Of a stretch of DNA of 32,000 nt, positions 1-9,002 are shown piece after piece. Numbering within the stretch: position 1 is the stretch's first letter; every line of letters starts with the position of its first letter. This DNA comes from Nitrosomonas europaea (GTDB taxonomy: Bacteria > Pseudomonadota > Gammaproteobacteria > Burkholderiales > Nitrosomonadaceae), in assembly GCF_900167395.1 (NCBI RefSeq), contig NZ_FUWK01000029.1:1-32000 (forward strand), written 5' to 3'. The translations under genes were made by a program, and so were the position numbers. The notes under the pieces were generated by a model that saw nothing but the letters and a program-made list of their open reading frames with translations, made no database searches and was not told the origin of the DNA.

Positions 1-297
1 ACGGTATTTGCGAACGCTTTCACAAAACCATCTTGCAGGAGTTCTACCAGGTGACATTCCGGCGCAAGATTTACCAGTCCATTGAAGAGTTACAACACGA
101 TCTGGATGATTGGATGGCGTACTACAACAGTGTGCGGACTCACCAGGGAAAAATGTGCTGTGGACGCACCCCGATGCAAACTTTAATTGACGCTAAGGAG
201 ATATGGGACGATAAAATTACCGAATTGAATAACTGAATCTGATCTAACAGGCACTCGTCAAATCGGGTAACTGTCAGATCAGATCTCAACTACTACA
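1..297 (+). mobile_element. Right-hand end of an insertion sequence (transposase 3' end plus terminal repeat region ending ...CTCAACTACTACA)
   Basis: The transposase stops at 236. Similarity to the CsbD-like gene tail starts abruptly at 301, which places the IS terminus at about 297. Read inward, the terminus is TGTAGTAGTTGAG, a TGT-type end common in IS481/IS3-like elements. Confidence 0.6.
3..236 (+). CDS. DDE transposase, C-terminal fragment (rve/integrase-core superfamily, IS481-like); the 5' part lies left of the window
   Basis: The frame is open from base 3. The translation GICERFHKTILQEFYQ...WMAYYNSVRTHQGKMCCGRTPMQT is the typical C-terminal end of an rve-type transposase core. Confidence 0.8.
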   Translation, partial: GICERFHKTILQEFYQVTFRRKIYQSIEELQHDLDDWMAYYNSVRTHQGKMCCGRTPMQTLIDAKEIWDDKITELNN

Positions 298-300
298 TAT

Positions 301-370
301 TAAACTCCGCTTTTTCTCCGATTTTTGCCTTGACCTGACTGCCTCGCCGACGTTTTTCAGGGGTTCCCTA
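301..370 (-). pseudogene. 70 bp relic duplicating the 3' coding tail of the CsbD-like gene (matches 1657-1726)
   Basis: Direct comparison of 301-370 with 1657-1726 shows only about four mismatches by eye. It would encode ...EPLKNVGEAVRSRQKSEKKRSL. Similarity is lost upstream, and there is no CsbD domain or start codon. Confidence 0.7.
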
Positions 371-427
371 ACGATCCAACTCAAAGTCGGACAAGAAATC
401 TGGAAATCTTCAAAATTTGAGAACTGC

Positions 428-470
428 AGGGCCTGGAATAACATAATTTCGTTCTGTCATTCCAGGCCCT
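428..470. terminator. Hairpin with a perfect 12 bp stem, probable terminator downstream of the 480-821 gene (possibly bidirectional)
   Basis: AGGGCCTGGAAT (428-439) and ATTCCAGGCCCT (459-470) are exact reverse complements with a 19 nt loop. The plus-strand side is followed by a T-rich run, and the hairpin sits 10 nt past the minus-strand stop codon at 480. Confidence 0.5.
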
Positions 471-479
471 GATCTGTAT

Positions 480-821
480 TTATTTACGCTCAATTTGATT
501 AAATTTACTCAACGCAACAATAGCTGCTTTTCTGGCTGCGGCAGGTTCGCCAGCCTGAGATTCTTTTATGACGTCATTCAGGTGTTTCAATCCTTCCTGA
601 AGGTGCTCGTTTTCAGGATGTGTTGATTTGACTTCAACGGCATACCTTTCTGCTTCCTGCACCAGTTGTGTCATAGTCTTTACATCTACTGCCAGAACCA
701 CAGCTTCGGTTTGCCTGATTGCTTCTTGCAGATGAACATCCTCTACCTGCGCGTTGACTGAACTGAGCATAAATAGAGACAGAATGAAAGTGCTCGATAA
801 GATTGATAATATTTTTTTCAT
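480..821 (-). CDS. Small secreted alpha-helical protein (possibly SmbP-like small metal-binding protein family)
   Basis: The N-terminus MKKILSILSSTFILSLFMLSSVNA-Q is a clear signal peptide, and an AGAGGA Shine-Dalgarno precedes the ATG. The mature part has repeated H..E/L..H helical motifs (HLQEAI, HLQEGLKHL). The family assignment is from memory only. Confidence 0.7.
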   Translation of the reverse strand: MKKILSILSSTFILSLFMLSSVNAQVEDVHLQEAIRQTEAVVLAVDVKTMTQLVQEAERYAVEVKSTHPENEHLQEGLKHLNDVIKESQAGEPAAARKAAIVALSKFNQIERK

Positions 822-857
822 AACTTTCCTCTTTTGTTGAATAGAATTTTGATTAGA

Positions 858-1172
858 TTAGTTCCTGCCCGGCATAATTTCTGCGGGGGACTGTTCTGAT
901 GGATTGCGAAGATTGTGATCTTGCTGATTAGTTGAATTGCTATCAGTCTCAGGTATCACGGTATCTTCTATACCTCTTCTGCTTTCATCCAAATCATTTC
1001 GCTGATCATATTTTCTGATATCTTCCTTCTTTTCGTATTTCTCACTGTTTGCGCGATTGCTGTCTGAAGAAGAGTCGGCTATTGCCGCAGTACTTCCTGT
1101 CAGGAAGAATCCGGACAACAAGGCGGCTGGAACTAAGATAGAAAGTTTTACTGTTGAGATATGAGCTTTCAT
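858..1172 (-). CDS. Secreted low-complexity hydrophilic protein, function unknown
   Basis: There is a signal-peptide-like N-terminus (VKLSILVPAALLSGFFLTGSTAAIA) and a strong AGGAGGA Shine-Dalgarno 6 nt upstream of the ATG. The rest is rich in D/E/S/N/R. Confidence 0.6.
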   Translation of the reverse strand: MKAHISTVKLSILVPAALLSGFFLTGSTAAIADSSSDSNRANSEKYEKKEDIRKYDQRNDLDESRRGIEDTVIPETDSNSTNQQDHNLRNPSEQSPAEIMPGRN

Positions 1173-1258
1173 TTTGAATATCCTCCTATGTTTATAAGAT
1201 GCTACGATCAGATTGAATTAACGCCTCGGTTGCATCCACTTCACATTCTATTTCTGTA

Positions 1259-1348
1259 CTATTGGAGGTAGAGTTGCAAATTTGCAAAAGCAGTTGTGGT
1301 AATAAAAGAGGCAACAGCGGATGTTGATGAAATATTCAGTTTTTTCAT
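1259..1348 (-). CDS. Candidate 29 aa micro-ORF (MKKLNISSTSAVASFITTTAFANLQLYLQ)
   Basis: It is too short for the ORF track. AGGAG lies 7 nt upstream of the ATG and the sequence resembles a hydrophobic signal peptide. No other support. Confidence 0.25.
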   Translation of the reverse strand: MKKLNISSTSAVASFITTTAFANLQLYLQ

Positions 1349-1647
1349 GATTGACTCCTGTTGATTTGATAAGTTAAAAGAGTTCTGTTTACTGCTTTTG
1401 TAATACAGGTGAGATTCCGGCTCACCTTGCAGCCCCGGTACTTATTGTTGTTTCATAAGTACTGATCTGCTCTTTGAGTCGAATCATCATTTCTGCACGA
1501 TGGTTCGATTATCATTTCCTAAAACAGATTCATCTTTTGGCCGGGTGTTCAAATATCCCTGACGATTGGCTTTTTCCTTACGGAACCTCTGAAAAACTAC
1601 CTGCGTTGCCATTTCTGCGTTAAAAATCGGCTCAAAATGCTCATTTA

Positions 1648-1932
1648 TTATGTGTATAAACTCCGCTTTTTCACCGATTTTTGCCTTGAACTGACTGCCT
1701 CGCCGACGTTTTTCAGAGGTTCCTTAGCGGCATCGCAATCGTGAGCAAAAGCGTTAACCTGTCTTTCAGCCTCTTCCCTTGCAATTTCATATTTGGTTTG
1801 GATTTTCCCCACCAGTTGTTCACGTTTGCCTGCAATGACATCCAGCTCATCATCAGTCATATCGCCCCATGTTTCTTTAAGCTTGCCTTTTAATTCCTTC
1901 CAGTTTCTTTCAACCGTATTCCAGCCCATCAT
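1648..1932 (-). CDS. CsbD-family stress-response protein with an extended basic C-terminal tail
   Basis: MMGWNTVERNWKELKGKLKETWGDMTDDELDVIAGKREQLVGKIQTKY is the canonical CsbD domain, which normally begins at the protein N-terminus. I therefore prefer the internal ATG at 1932 over the ORF-track start at 2043. Confidence 0.8.
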   Translation of the reverse strand: MMGWNTVERNWKELKGKLKETWGDMTDDELDVIAGKREQLVGKIQTKYEIAREEAERQVNAFAHDCDAAKEPLKNVGEAVSSRQKSVKKRSLYT

Positions 1933-2682
1933 TTCTCTTCTTTTATTGAACTTCAAATATCCCAGATCACTGGTTGAGCAGGTATGTTTCATATATTCTC
2001 CATATGCAAAAATAATTTCTCGTCTACTGGGTTCCTGACTCAAAATAATTAAGAATTGAACTTAAAAACCACAGTTGGATGCATCTGAATGTGCATCTGG
2101 CACACGAAAATCAGACTTACGCAGGTCTCAGTTCACTGAAGAAAAAATAAAAACGCGTAAGCTCTTTATTTATCTGACAAAAAACTTATTTAAGAAAATA
2201 GTGAACTGTTTTATTGAAATGCTGGAGCTCGTGTATGCGCATTATTACGAGTGGCCATTCCCGTAAAAGGCAAGTTTTATAGTGAGTAATAGTCATGATC
2301 CATCCTCATAGAAAATGATTATGTTGCGATCGAAAACTATTCTTGTTCTTCTTATAGAGAAGTGTACGAATATCTTTTTTCGTTCAATATTTTTACATGA
2401 TGAATGTTTATTGAAATCATAACCATATGATATTAATAATAAAATAACGATAATTTAGTTCGATGAAAAAATGATGGTGAGCCAAATGGTGGTAGGCTCA
2501 ATTTTGGGGAATAGGCGAATGGAATGAAAAAAGAAGGATGTATTGGGTGCATTGAGATCCAAACGGCTCCCACGTGGCAGAGTAGCTAGAACACAACGGC
2601 AAACCTGTCAGTGATTGCTGCTACATTTCCCTTCTATCGCTGGATAGCCAAAGTGCAGTGTGGGTTGCCCGTTAGCGCTACG

Positions 2683-5286
2683 TCAGGGTGTACCGGGGAG
2701 AGCCATATCGATTTGGGCAGTTGGTTCCGCATAGTCAGCTTCTTCCTCGATGTTCGGCTCACATTGTTTCAGTGCTGACGGATTGAGTGTCAGTTGCTGA
2801 TAATGATTCACCCATGAAGCGTATTTTTCCGGCATTGCCCATACGCAGTAATGCAGGCGCGACATGATGACCGGGTCGCTCAATAGGGTCAGGCGGCAAT
2901 CGCGGTTGAGTTTGTCAGGGGGTTCATTCAGTGCCTGCTCAATATGATGATCGCGGGCAATTTCAAGCACTTTGCTTTTGCGGTGGCGCGCGGTAGCTGT
3001 TGCCGTTGTCAATGCATTGAATGATGGATGAAACACGGCGTGCATGAAGCCATCGTTCAGCGTGCGGTTGCGATTCATCATCAGATAGTTGTCTGTATCC
3101 ACCAATACCTTGGGTGGTGAATATTCTTCCGGGATCAGGAGCAGCTTCCAGCGTTTGGCACGCAGGCCGACAGATGCACGACTGGAAAAGACGGATACGA
3201 ACGGTGACAGAATCAGCGAGAAGACGATAGGCGCTAGCCAGAACAGGAAGCGCAAATCGAGCCACGCCATCCCTGTTGCCCAAACCAGCCCCAGCAGCAG
3301 TTGAGAACCATGGCGCATAAAGGCTTCACGCCACGTGGTGGAGTCATCGTCGCGTTGTGGCGATTTCCATGCCACCTTCCAGCCGAGGAACGCACTGACC
3401 ACGAATACTGTGTGGAACAGCATGCGCACCGGTGCCAGCAATACTGAAAGAATCACTTCCAGCAGCAGGGAGATCGTGACGCGAATGAATCCACCGTATT
3501 CTTTCGTTCCTTTGCACCAGATGAGCAAAATACTCAGCAGCTTGGGTAGAAACAGCAGCACCATGGTCGAGGCCAACAGTGCGATCGCCAGTTCCGGCTG
3601 CCACTGCGGCCACACCGGAAACAGCTGGTGCGGCTGCAGGAAGTAGTGCGGTTCCGTGAATGCATGCACCACCTGCAGCGCAGTGGAAAGTGCAAGGAAC
3701 ATAAACCACAGCGGCGCGGAAAGATACGACATCACGCCGGTCAGGAATACCGCACGATGTACCGGATGCAGGCCTTTTACCAGGAACAGGCGGAAGTTCA
3801 TCAGGTTCCCGTGACACCAGCGGCGGTCGCGCTTAAGCTCATCCAGCAGGTTCGGTGGCAGTTCTTCATAAGAACCCGGCAGGTCGTAAGCAATCCATAC
3901 TCCCCACCCCGCACGGCGCATCAATGCCGCTTCCACGAAATCGTGAGAGAGTATGGAGCCCGCGAAAGTGCCTTCACCCGGCAGCAGCGCCAGCGTACAG
4001 TGTTCAATGAACGGTTGCACACGGATGATGGCGTTGTGGCCCCAGTAGTGTGATTCTCCCAATTGCCAGAAATGCAGGCCGGCAGTAAACAGTGGCCCGT
4101 AAACACGCGTTGCAAACTGCTGGCAGCGTGCGTAGAAGGTATCCATGCCCGAGGCTCTCGGCCACGATTGAATGATGCCGGCATTCGGGTTGGCCTCCAT
4201 CAAGCGCACCAGACTGGTCAGACATTCTCCTGACATTACCGAATCCGCATCGAGCACGACCATGTAGCTGTACTGGCTGCCCCAGCGGCGGCAGAAATCG
4301 TCAATATTGCCGCTCTTGCGTTTTACGCGGCGGCCGCGACGACGATAGAATATCTGGCCTTTATCCTGTACCTCTGCAAGCAGTTCTATCCATGCTTTCT
4401 GTTCTGCGACGCAGATATCAGGGTCGTAGCTGTCGCTCAGAATATAGATATCGAAGTGTTGCTGCTGATTTGTCGCTTTCACTGATTCCCAGGTCGCGCG
4501 CAATCCGGCGAACACGCGATCTACGTCCTCATTGCAGATAGGCATGATCAACGCCGTACGGTGCTCGGGATTGATGGGCACATCTCCTGCCAGAGATGCA
4601 GAAATACTGTACTTGTCTTTACCGATCAGCAGTTGCAGAAAGCCCATCAGTGCCGTCCAGAAACCGGCAGATATCCAGCAGAACAGAATAGCGAAGAGGA
4701 TCAAAATACCGCTTTGCAGTATATAAGGCAGCAGCTGCATGAACGATATCCATATATCCTGGCCAATCATGTCGATCGGATCGATCAGTGCCCAACCCTG
4801 GTAAGGAAGGATGGTTTTCATATACCAGGTTGCAAGCGCAGTCTGCGAAAATGTCAGCAGTAGCAGAATGTAGCGGCGAATGGTACCGACGGTGCACCAT
4901 TTCTGTTCATGAGCCTGCTCTTCCTTTGTCAATCGCGACACGTGGTGCGGTGTGGCATTGTGCCCGCGCAAATGATCCCAGAATCGGCCAATCGGATTGG
5001 TGCGCCACGGATCCGGCGATATTGATGAGCGTGTCGCTTTGGGCATCGTTTCCAGTTGCGTACGTCCTTCGTCGTCTTCAGTCAGTTGCCTGTTGACTAG
5101 AGAATCAGGCCAGCTTTGTTCAAGCCGTGCTTTTACAGATCCCAGTGGCGAATCATCTTCGCGCGCATAGTCATGATGCTCAGGATTCAATGTCTCATGA
5201 AGGGTGCGGATGTCCGTTGCCGGCAGCGTTGCTTTTTCTGCGACAGTCAGCGGCAGCGCATCGATGTATTCAGTAGTCTTATTCAT
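2683..5286 (-). CDS. opgH: Glucans biosynthesis glucosyltransferase H (OpgH/MdoH), GT2 family membrane protein
   Basis: It carries the GT2 signatures VVLDADS and [13 protein letters not shown] plus multiple TM segments. The N-terminus [12 protein letters not shown] matches the remembered E. coli MdoH start. The ATG at 5286 overlaps the opgG stop (ATGAATAA, 8 nt overlap). Confidence 0.93.
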
Positions 5287-6835
5287 CAGCGGGTAACTGA
5301 TAGCTCCAGGTTTCACTCAGTATCTGGTCACCATTGACCAGTGCAGCACGCATCTCAGTGATTTTTTCTACATCTTTCACTTTTACGCGCAGTGTCAGGC
5401 GCCAGCCTTTAATGATCGGGTTGTAACGTACGCTGCTTTCGACGATCGTACCGTTGTCATCGATACTGGCCTGCGCTGCAACAGGCGTATCCTGCGGCAA
5501 TTTCTTCATTTTCCTGCCGGTGAAATCGATGATGAAGGCAATCGTGCCGTCAGGCTGGCGAATCAGATTCGACTGTTTTACATCGCCCGTTGAGCGAAGC
5601 GTCTGCATGACATATGCGTTATCCGGTGCATGCAGTTTGTCTTCATCCTTGCTGAAGGTGAGGGTGTATTTGAAGTTTATTTCTTTACCCGCCTCCGGCA
5701 GTTGATCCGGTGTCCAGAAAGCGACGATGTTGTCGTTGGTTTCGTCATTGGTCGGAATTTCTATCAGCTCGACGCTGCCTTTGCCCCATTTCCCTTTCGG
5801 AGTGATCCATGCGCTCGGCCGCAAATCGTAACGATCATCCAGATCTTCAAAACGTGAAAATTGACGGCCACGCTGCAGCAGACCAAACCCCTGCGGGTTT
5901 TCTGTGGAAAAACTGCTGATGGCCAGACGTCTCGGATTGTTCAGTGGACGCCAGATCCATTCTCCATTACTGGCGTGAATGGAGAGGCCGTTAGAATCAT
6001 GTAACTCAGGACGGAAGTTCACCATCGGAGAAGGGTGGTTAGAGCCAAACAGGAACATACTCGTCAGTGGCGCAATGCCCAGTTTGCCGACCTTGTCGCG
6101 CAGATAGATTTTCGACTGGACGTTAACGGTGATGTCGCGGTTCGGCATGATGACAAAGCGGTAAGCGCCCGTCGCGCGTGGCGAGTCCAGTAGTGCATAA
6201 ATTATCAGGTGCCTGTCAGCGGGTTTAGGCCGTTCGATCCAGAATTCCCGGAACCGGGGAAACTCTTCGCCGGAAGGCAGAGCAGTATCGATAGCCAGGC
6301 CGCGTGCGGAAAGACCGTAAACCTGACCTGCGCCAATCATGCGGAAATAGCTGGCGCCGAGCATACTGAGAATTTCGTCGTTTTTATTTTTGCTATTGAT
6401 TGGATTGAGCACTTTGAAGCCGGCAAAACCAAGATCTTTCACTGTGTCTTTGTCATGCTGGACGTTGCCAAAATTGAAATAATCAGGGGTGTATTTGATT
6501 TGATGTACCGATGTAGCAGTGACTTCATTGATTTTGACAGGTGTATCGAAATACATGCCCTGGTGGTAAAACTCAAGCTTGAATGGGGTCTTCAGATTAT
6601 TCCAGTAAGCTTTATCGTGATTGAATTGAATCTGTTGATAATCCGCATACTTCATATCGCGGAAAATGGAGGGCAAGTTGGTTTCCGGTGTTTCATAACT
6701 TTCGCTGGCTAATAGTTGGGCCTGTTTTGCGACATCGTTGATGCTAAAGGCCCAGGCCGACGAAGCGTATAAGACTAATAACGTTACTGCTACACCCAAC
6801 CAACGCATTTTTATTATTTGTGGCTTATGTCTCAT
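5279..6835 (-). CDS. opgG: Periplasmic glucans biosynthesis protein G (OpgG/MdoG)
   Basis: Long runs are characteristic of MdoG ([48 protein letters not shown]), with signal peptide [20 protein letters not shown]. The start is uncertain: ATG at 6835 or 6808. The ORF-track start at 6952 is unlikely. Confidence 0.92.
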
Positions 6836-7226
6836 CCGTTTGTCTTTTGTGTACTTGATCGATCCAGTCCATTTATTTTGATGATAATCCAGGCAATCTG
6901 AACGGCTGCTGACTGATGCCATCTGCATTCGATTGTTCAGAAACTTTCGCATCGGAACTCATCAAAATATAGACACTGCCTGTGGTTCCGACAGGCCTTG
7001 CCTGAATCAGTTCTAGGAATCTGTTCAAAGCCTCAGGTTTTCCGGATGAAGATTGCTTTACCGCACCGCTGACAAATGAAAACGTCTGATCAGTTCAAGG
7101 CAGTATTTGTGAATCGTTGATGAGAAAGGCATATAACACGCGCCGCTGTCGGACAAATTTCCCCCTGCGCTCCCAATTGGCCGCAGAGCGCGGCATTAGG
7201 CAGCAGCAAAAACATAAGGAGGTGAC

Positions 7227-7901
7227 ATGTCAGAAGTCATTACGGTTGGTGACAAACCAATCCTTCTGAAAGCAATTGAGCTGGTTCTTGCAGAGCCTGC
7301 TGCTATCAGAAAAGAGGCTCTGCAACTCAAGGATAAATATGTAACCCGGTATGGGAGTGATCGTTCGGAAGACGAGATCAACGCTTATGCTGCCGACAAG
7401 ATCATATCGAACTACTCCTACTATACTGCCTTTGTGGGCGGAACGACCGCTCTTACAGGGGTAATCCCCGGGCTGGGCACTGTTCTGGCTGCATTTGGCG
7501 GCGCAACAGCCAATACGGCTCTTTCCATGAAGTATCAAATTGAAATGACAATGGCCATTGCAACGATTTACGGCCGTGACATTACCATCGAAGAGGAAAA
7601 ACGCCTTTGTTTGATGATTGCGGGGCTTGGTGCAATCAGTGAGATGACCAGAGTGGGCGGGAAAGAACCTGGCAAAAAAGCATCAGTAAAAATGATGCAA
7701 CAATATCTCCAGGATGCGTCTCTTCAAACGCTAAGAGAGCTATTCAAAAAAGTTGGAATAACCTTCACAAAAAAAGCTGCAGAAAAAGCTATCCCGTTTG
7801 GCGTTGGTGTAATCATTGGCTTCTCTGCCAACAAAGGGTTGACCTGGTATGTCGGGACAAAGGCAAGGGATTTTTTCTCGGTTACTGACTCGATCGTCTG
7901 A
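7227..7901 (+). CDS. EcsC-family-like protein
   Basis: AAGGAGG lies 5 nt upstream of the ATG. The glycine-rich segment GGTTALTGVIPGLGTVLAAFGGATANTALSMKYQIEMTMAIATIYG resembles the EcsC (PF12787) core. The family call is from memory. Confidence 0.5.
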   Translation: MSEVITVGDKPILLKAIELVLAEPAAIRKEALQLKDKYVTRYGSDRSEDEINAYAADKIISNYSYYTAFVGGTTALTGVIPGLGTVLAAFGGATANTALSMKYQIEMTMAIATIYGRDITIEEEKRLCLMIAGLGAISEMTRVGGKEPGKKASVKMMQQYLQDASLQTLRELFKKVGITFTKKAAEKAIPFGVGVIIGFSANKGLTWYVGTKARDFFSVTDSIV

Positions 7902-7956
7902 CTTCAAGCAACAGGCCGCACGGGTTATTTATTAACTGACATATCCGGAGAATCGA

Positions 7957-8312
7957 ATGTCTGGCTCCGCTCGTACAGGTGTGCTGATTTACGCAAAGCA
8001 GCTGGATAAAGTTTCATCCTTCTACGAGCAAGTGCTGGGGGCGAAAGTGCTGCATGCGGACAGTGAACACAGGGTGCTGCAATCACCCGATGTTCAGCTG
8101 ATCAGATCACTATTGCCGTACCACCCGTGCCGCGCGAGGAACAGGCAATCAAACCGTTCTTCACTGTTGAGAGCTTGGTCACAGCAGAGCGTATTGCCGA
8201 AGAATACGGTGGCAAGGTGTGGGGGCCATTGTGGCCTGGGCCCAGTTTACGGGCGCGCAATATCTGTGATCCGGAAGGTAATATCGTTCATCTGCGTGAG
8301 CGTACGGTATAG
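7957..8312 (+). pseudogene. VOC/glyoxalase-fold protein interrupted by a frameshift near 8098-8106
   Basis: The N-terminal half (GVLIYAKQLDKVSSFYEQVLGAKVLHADSEHRVLQSPDVQLI) is in the frame of 7957. The C-terminal half (ITIAVPPVPREEQAIKPFFTVESLVTAERIAEEYGGKVWGPLW...ICDPEGNIVHL) is in the frame of 8127. Together they make about 118 aa, the normal size for a single-domain VOC protein. Confidence 0.65.
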
Positions 8313-8396
8313 TAGAACAAAGCCTGCCTGTTTTATTTCCTGAATATATTTTTCCTACGTACAAAACCACGAGTAGATTCGTTTTTATCAGCCTGA

Positions 8397-8415
8397 TAAA
8401 ATAATAAGCATTCTC
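8397..8415. promoter_or_regulatory. Candidate Fur box upstream of fecI
   Basis: TAAAATAATAAGCATTCTC matches the 19 bp consensus GATAATGATAATCATTATC at 14 of 19 positions (hand alignment). It lies 17 nt upstream of the fecI ATG, the expected place for iron repression of this kind of module. Confidence 0.45.
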
Positions 8416-8431
8416 ATTCTTGTTGTTTGTC

Positions 8432-8989
8432 ATGTTGGATAACAGCATTCCTACCGATTCATGTCTGGTGTCTGGTGCTACCGTGTCCACGGACATTGAG
8501 ACCCTGTACTGCAATCACCACGACTGGCTGCAGGTTTGGCTGCGCCGCAGACTGAGCAGTGCTGTTGATGCATCCGATCTGGCGCATGACACCTTCGTGC
8601 GCGTTCTGGTTTCGGGCCGCATGCCCAATGCCGAGCAATCGCGCGCTTTCCTTACTCAGATCGCCAAGGGTCTGGCGGTGGATCTGTACCGTCGTCGTGC
8701 CATCGAAGAGGCTTATCTGGCAGCGCTGGCGCAACTGCCGGAAAATCTTGCGCCCTCGGCTGAGGAGCGTGTGCTGGCGCTGCAAGTGCTGTTGTTGCTC
8801 GATACTGCGCTGGGCAGCCTTCCATCTCGGGTGCGTGAAGTGTTCCTGCTGTCGCGGCTCGACGGATTGACCTATTCTGACATTGCGCAGCGCCGGGGTA
8901 TTTCTGTCGCGACAGTGCGCAAGTATATGCTGCGCGCCGCGCAGGCTTGCCATTGTGTCTTGAATTCACCGACTGGCACCGCTCCATGA
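8432..8989 (+). CDS. fecI: ECF sigma factor, FecI-type
   Basis: Region 2 (DLAHDTFVRVL) and region 4 HTH (LDGLTYSDIAQRRGISVATVRKYMLRA) are present, and a FecR-type gene follows directly. The first ATG is at 8432. Confidence 0.9.
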   Translation: MLDNSIPTDSCLVSGATVSTDIETLYCNHHDWLQVWLRRRLSSAVDASDLAHDTFVRVLVSGRMPNAEQSRAFLTQIAKGLAVDLYRRRAIEEAYLAALAQLPENLAPSAEERVLALQVLLLLDTALGSLPSRVREVFLLSRLDGLTYSDIAQRRGISVATVRKYMLRAAQACHCVLNSPTGTAP

Positions 8990-9002
8990 CATTGACACGT
9001 GC

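Noticed and set aside
1407-1428. Hairpin AGGTGAG-ATTCCGG-CTCACCT as a terminator
   Set aside because: The 7 bp stem is not followed by a U-tract on either strand, and it is 220 nt from the nearest stop codon.
1933-2043. N-terminal 37 aa extension of the CsbD-like ORF
   Set aside because: The CsbD domain begins at the protein N-terminus in known family members. The extension is cysteine/tyrosine-rich with no signal or motif, so the internal ATG pair at 1932/1929 is preferred.
2075-2266. 63 aa ORF in the AT-rich spacer
   Set aside because: It has no ribosome-binding site, a lysine/phenylalanine-rich composition driven by AT content, and starts at a non-ATG codon in the track.
5287-5316. Upstream start for opgH ([10 protein letters not shown]...)
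   Set aside because: MNKTTEYID matches the remembered E. coli MdoH N-terminus, and the ATG at 5286 gives the classic ATGA-type overlap with the opgG stop.
2963-5337. Numerous 60-160 aa ORFs on both strands inside opgH (e.g. 3344-3817, 3628-4053, 4561-4863)
   Set aside because: They are shadow ORFs within a strongly supported 867 aa GT2 gene. They have no Shine-Dalgarno sites, arginine/proline-rich junk composition, and no recognisable motifs.
6836-6952. Upstream extension of opgG
   Set aside because: The extension precedes the obvious signal peptide by about 45 residues and has no counterpart in MdoG.
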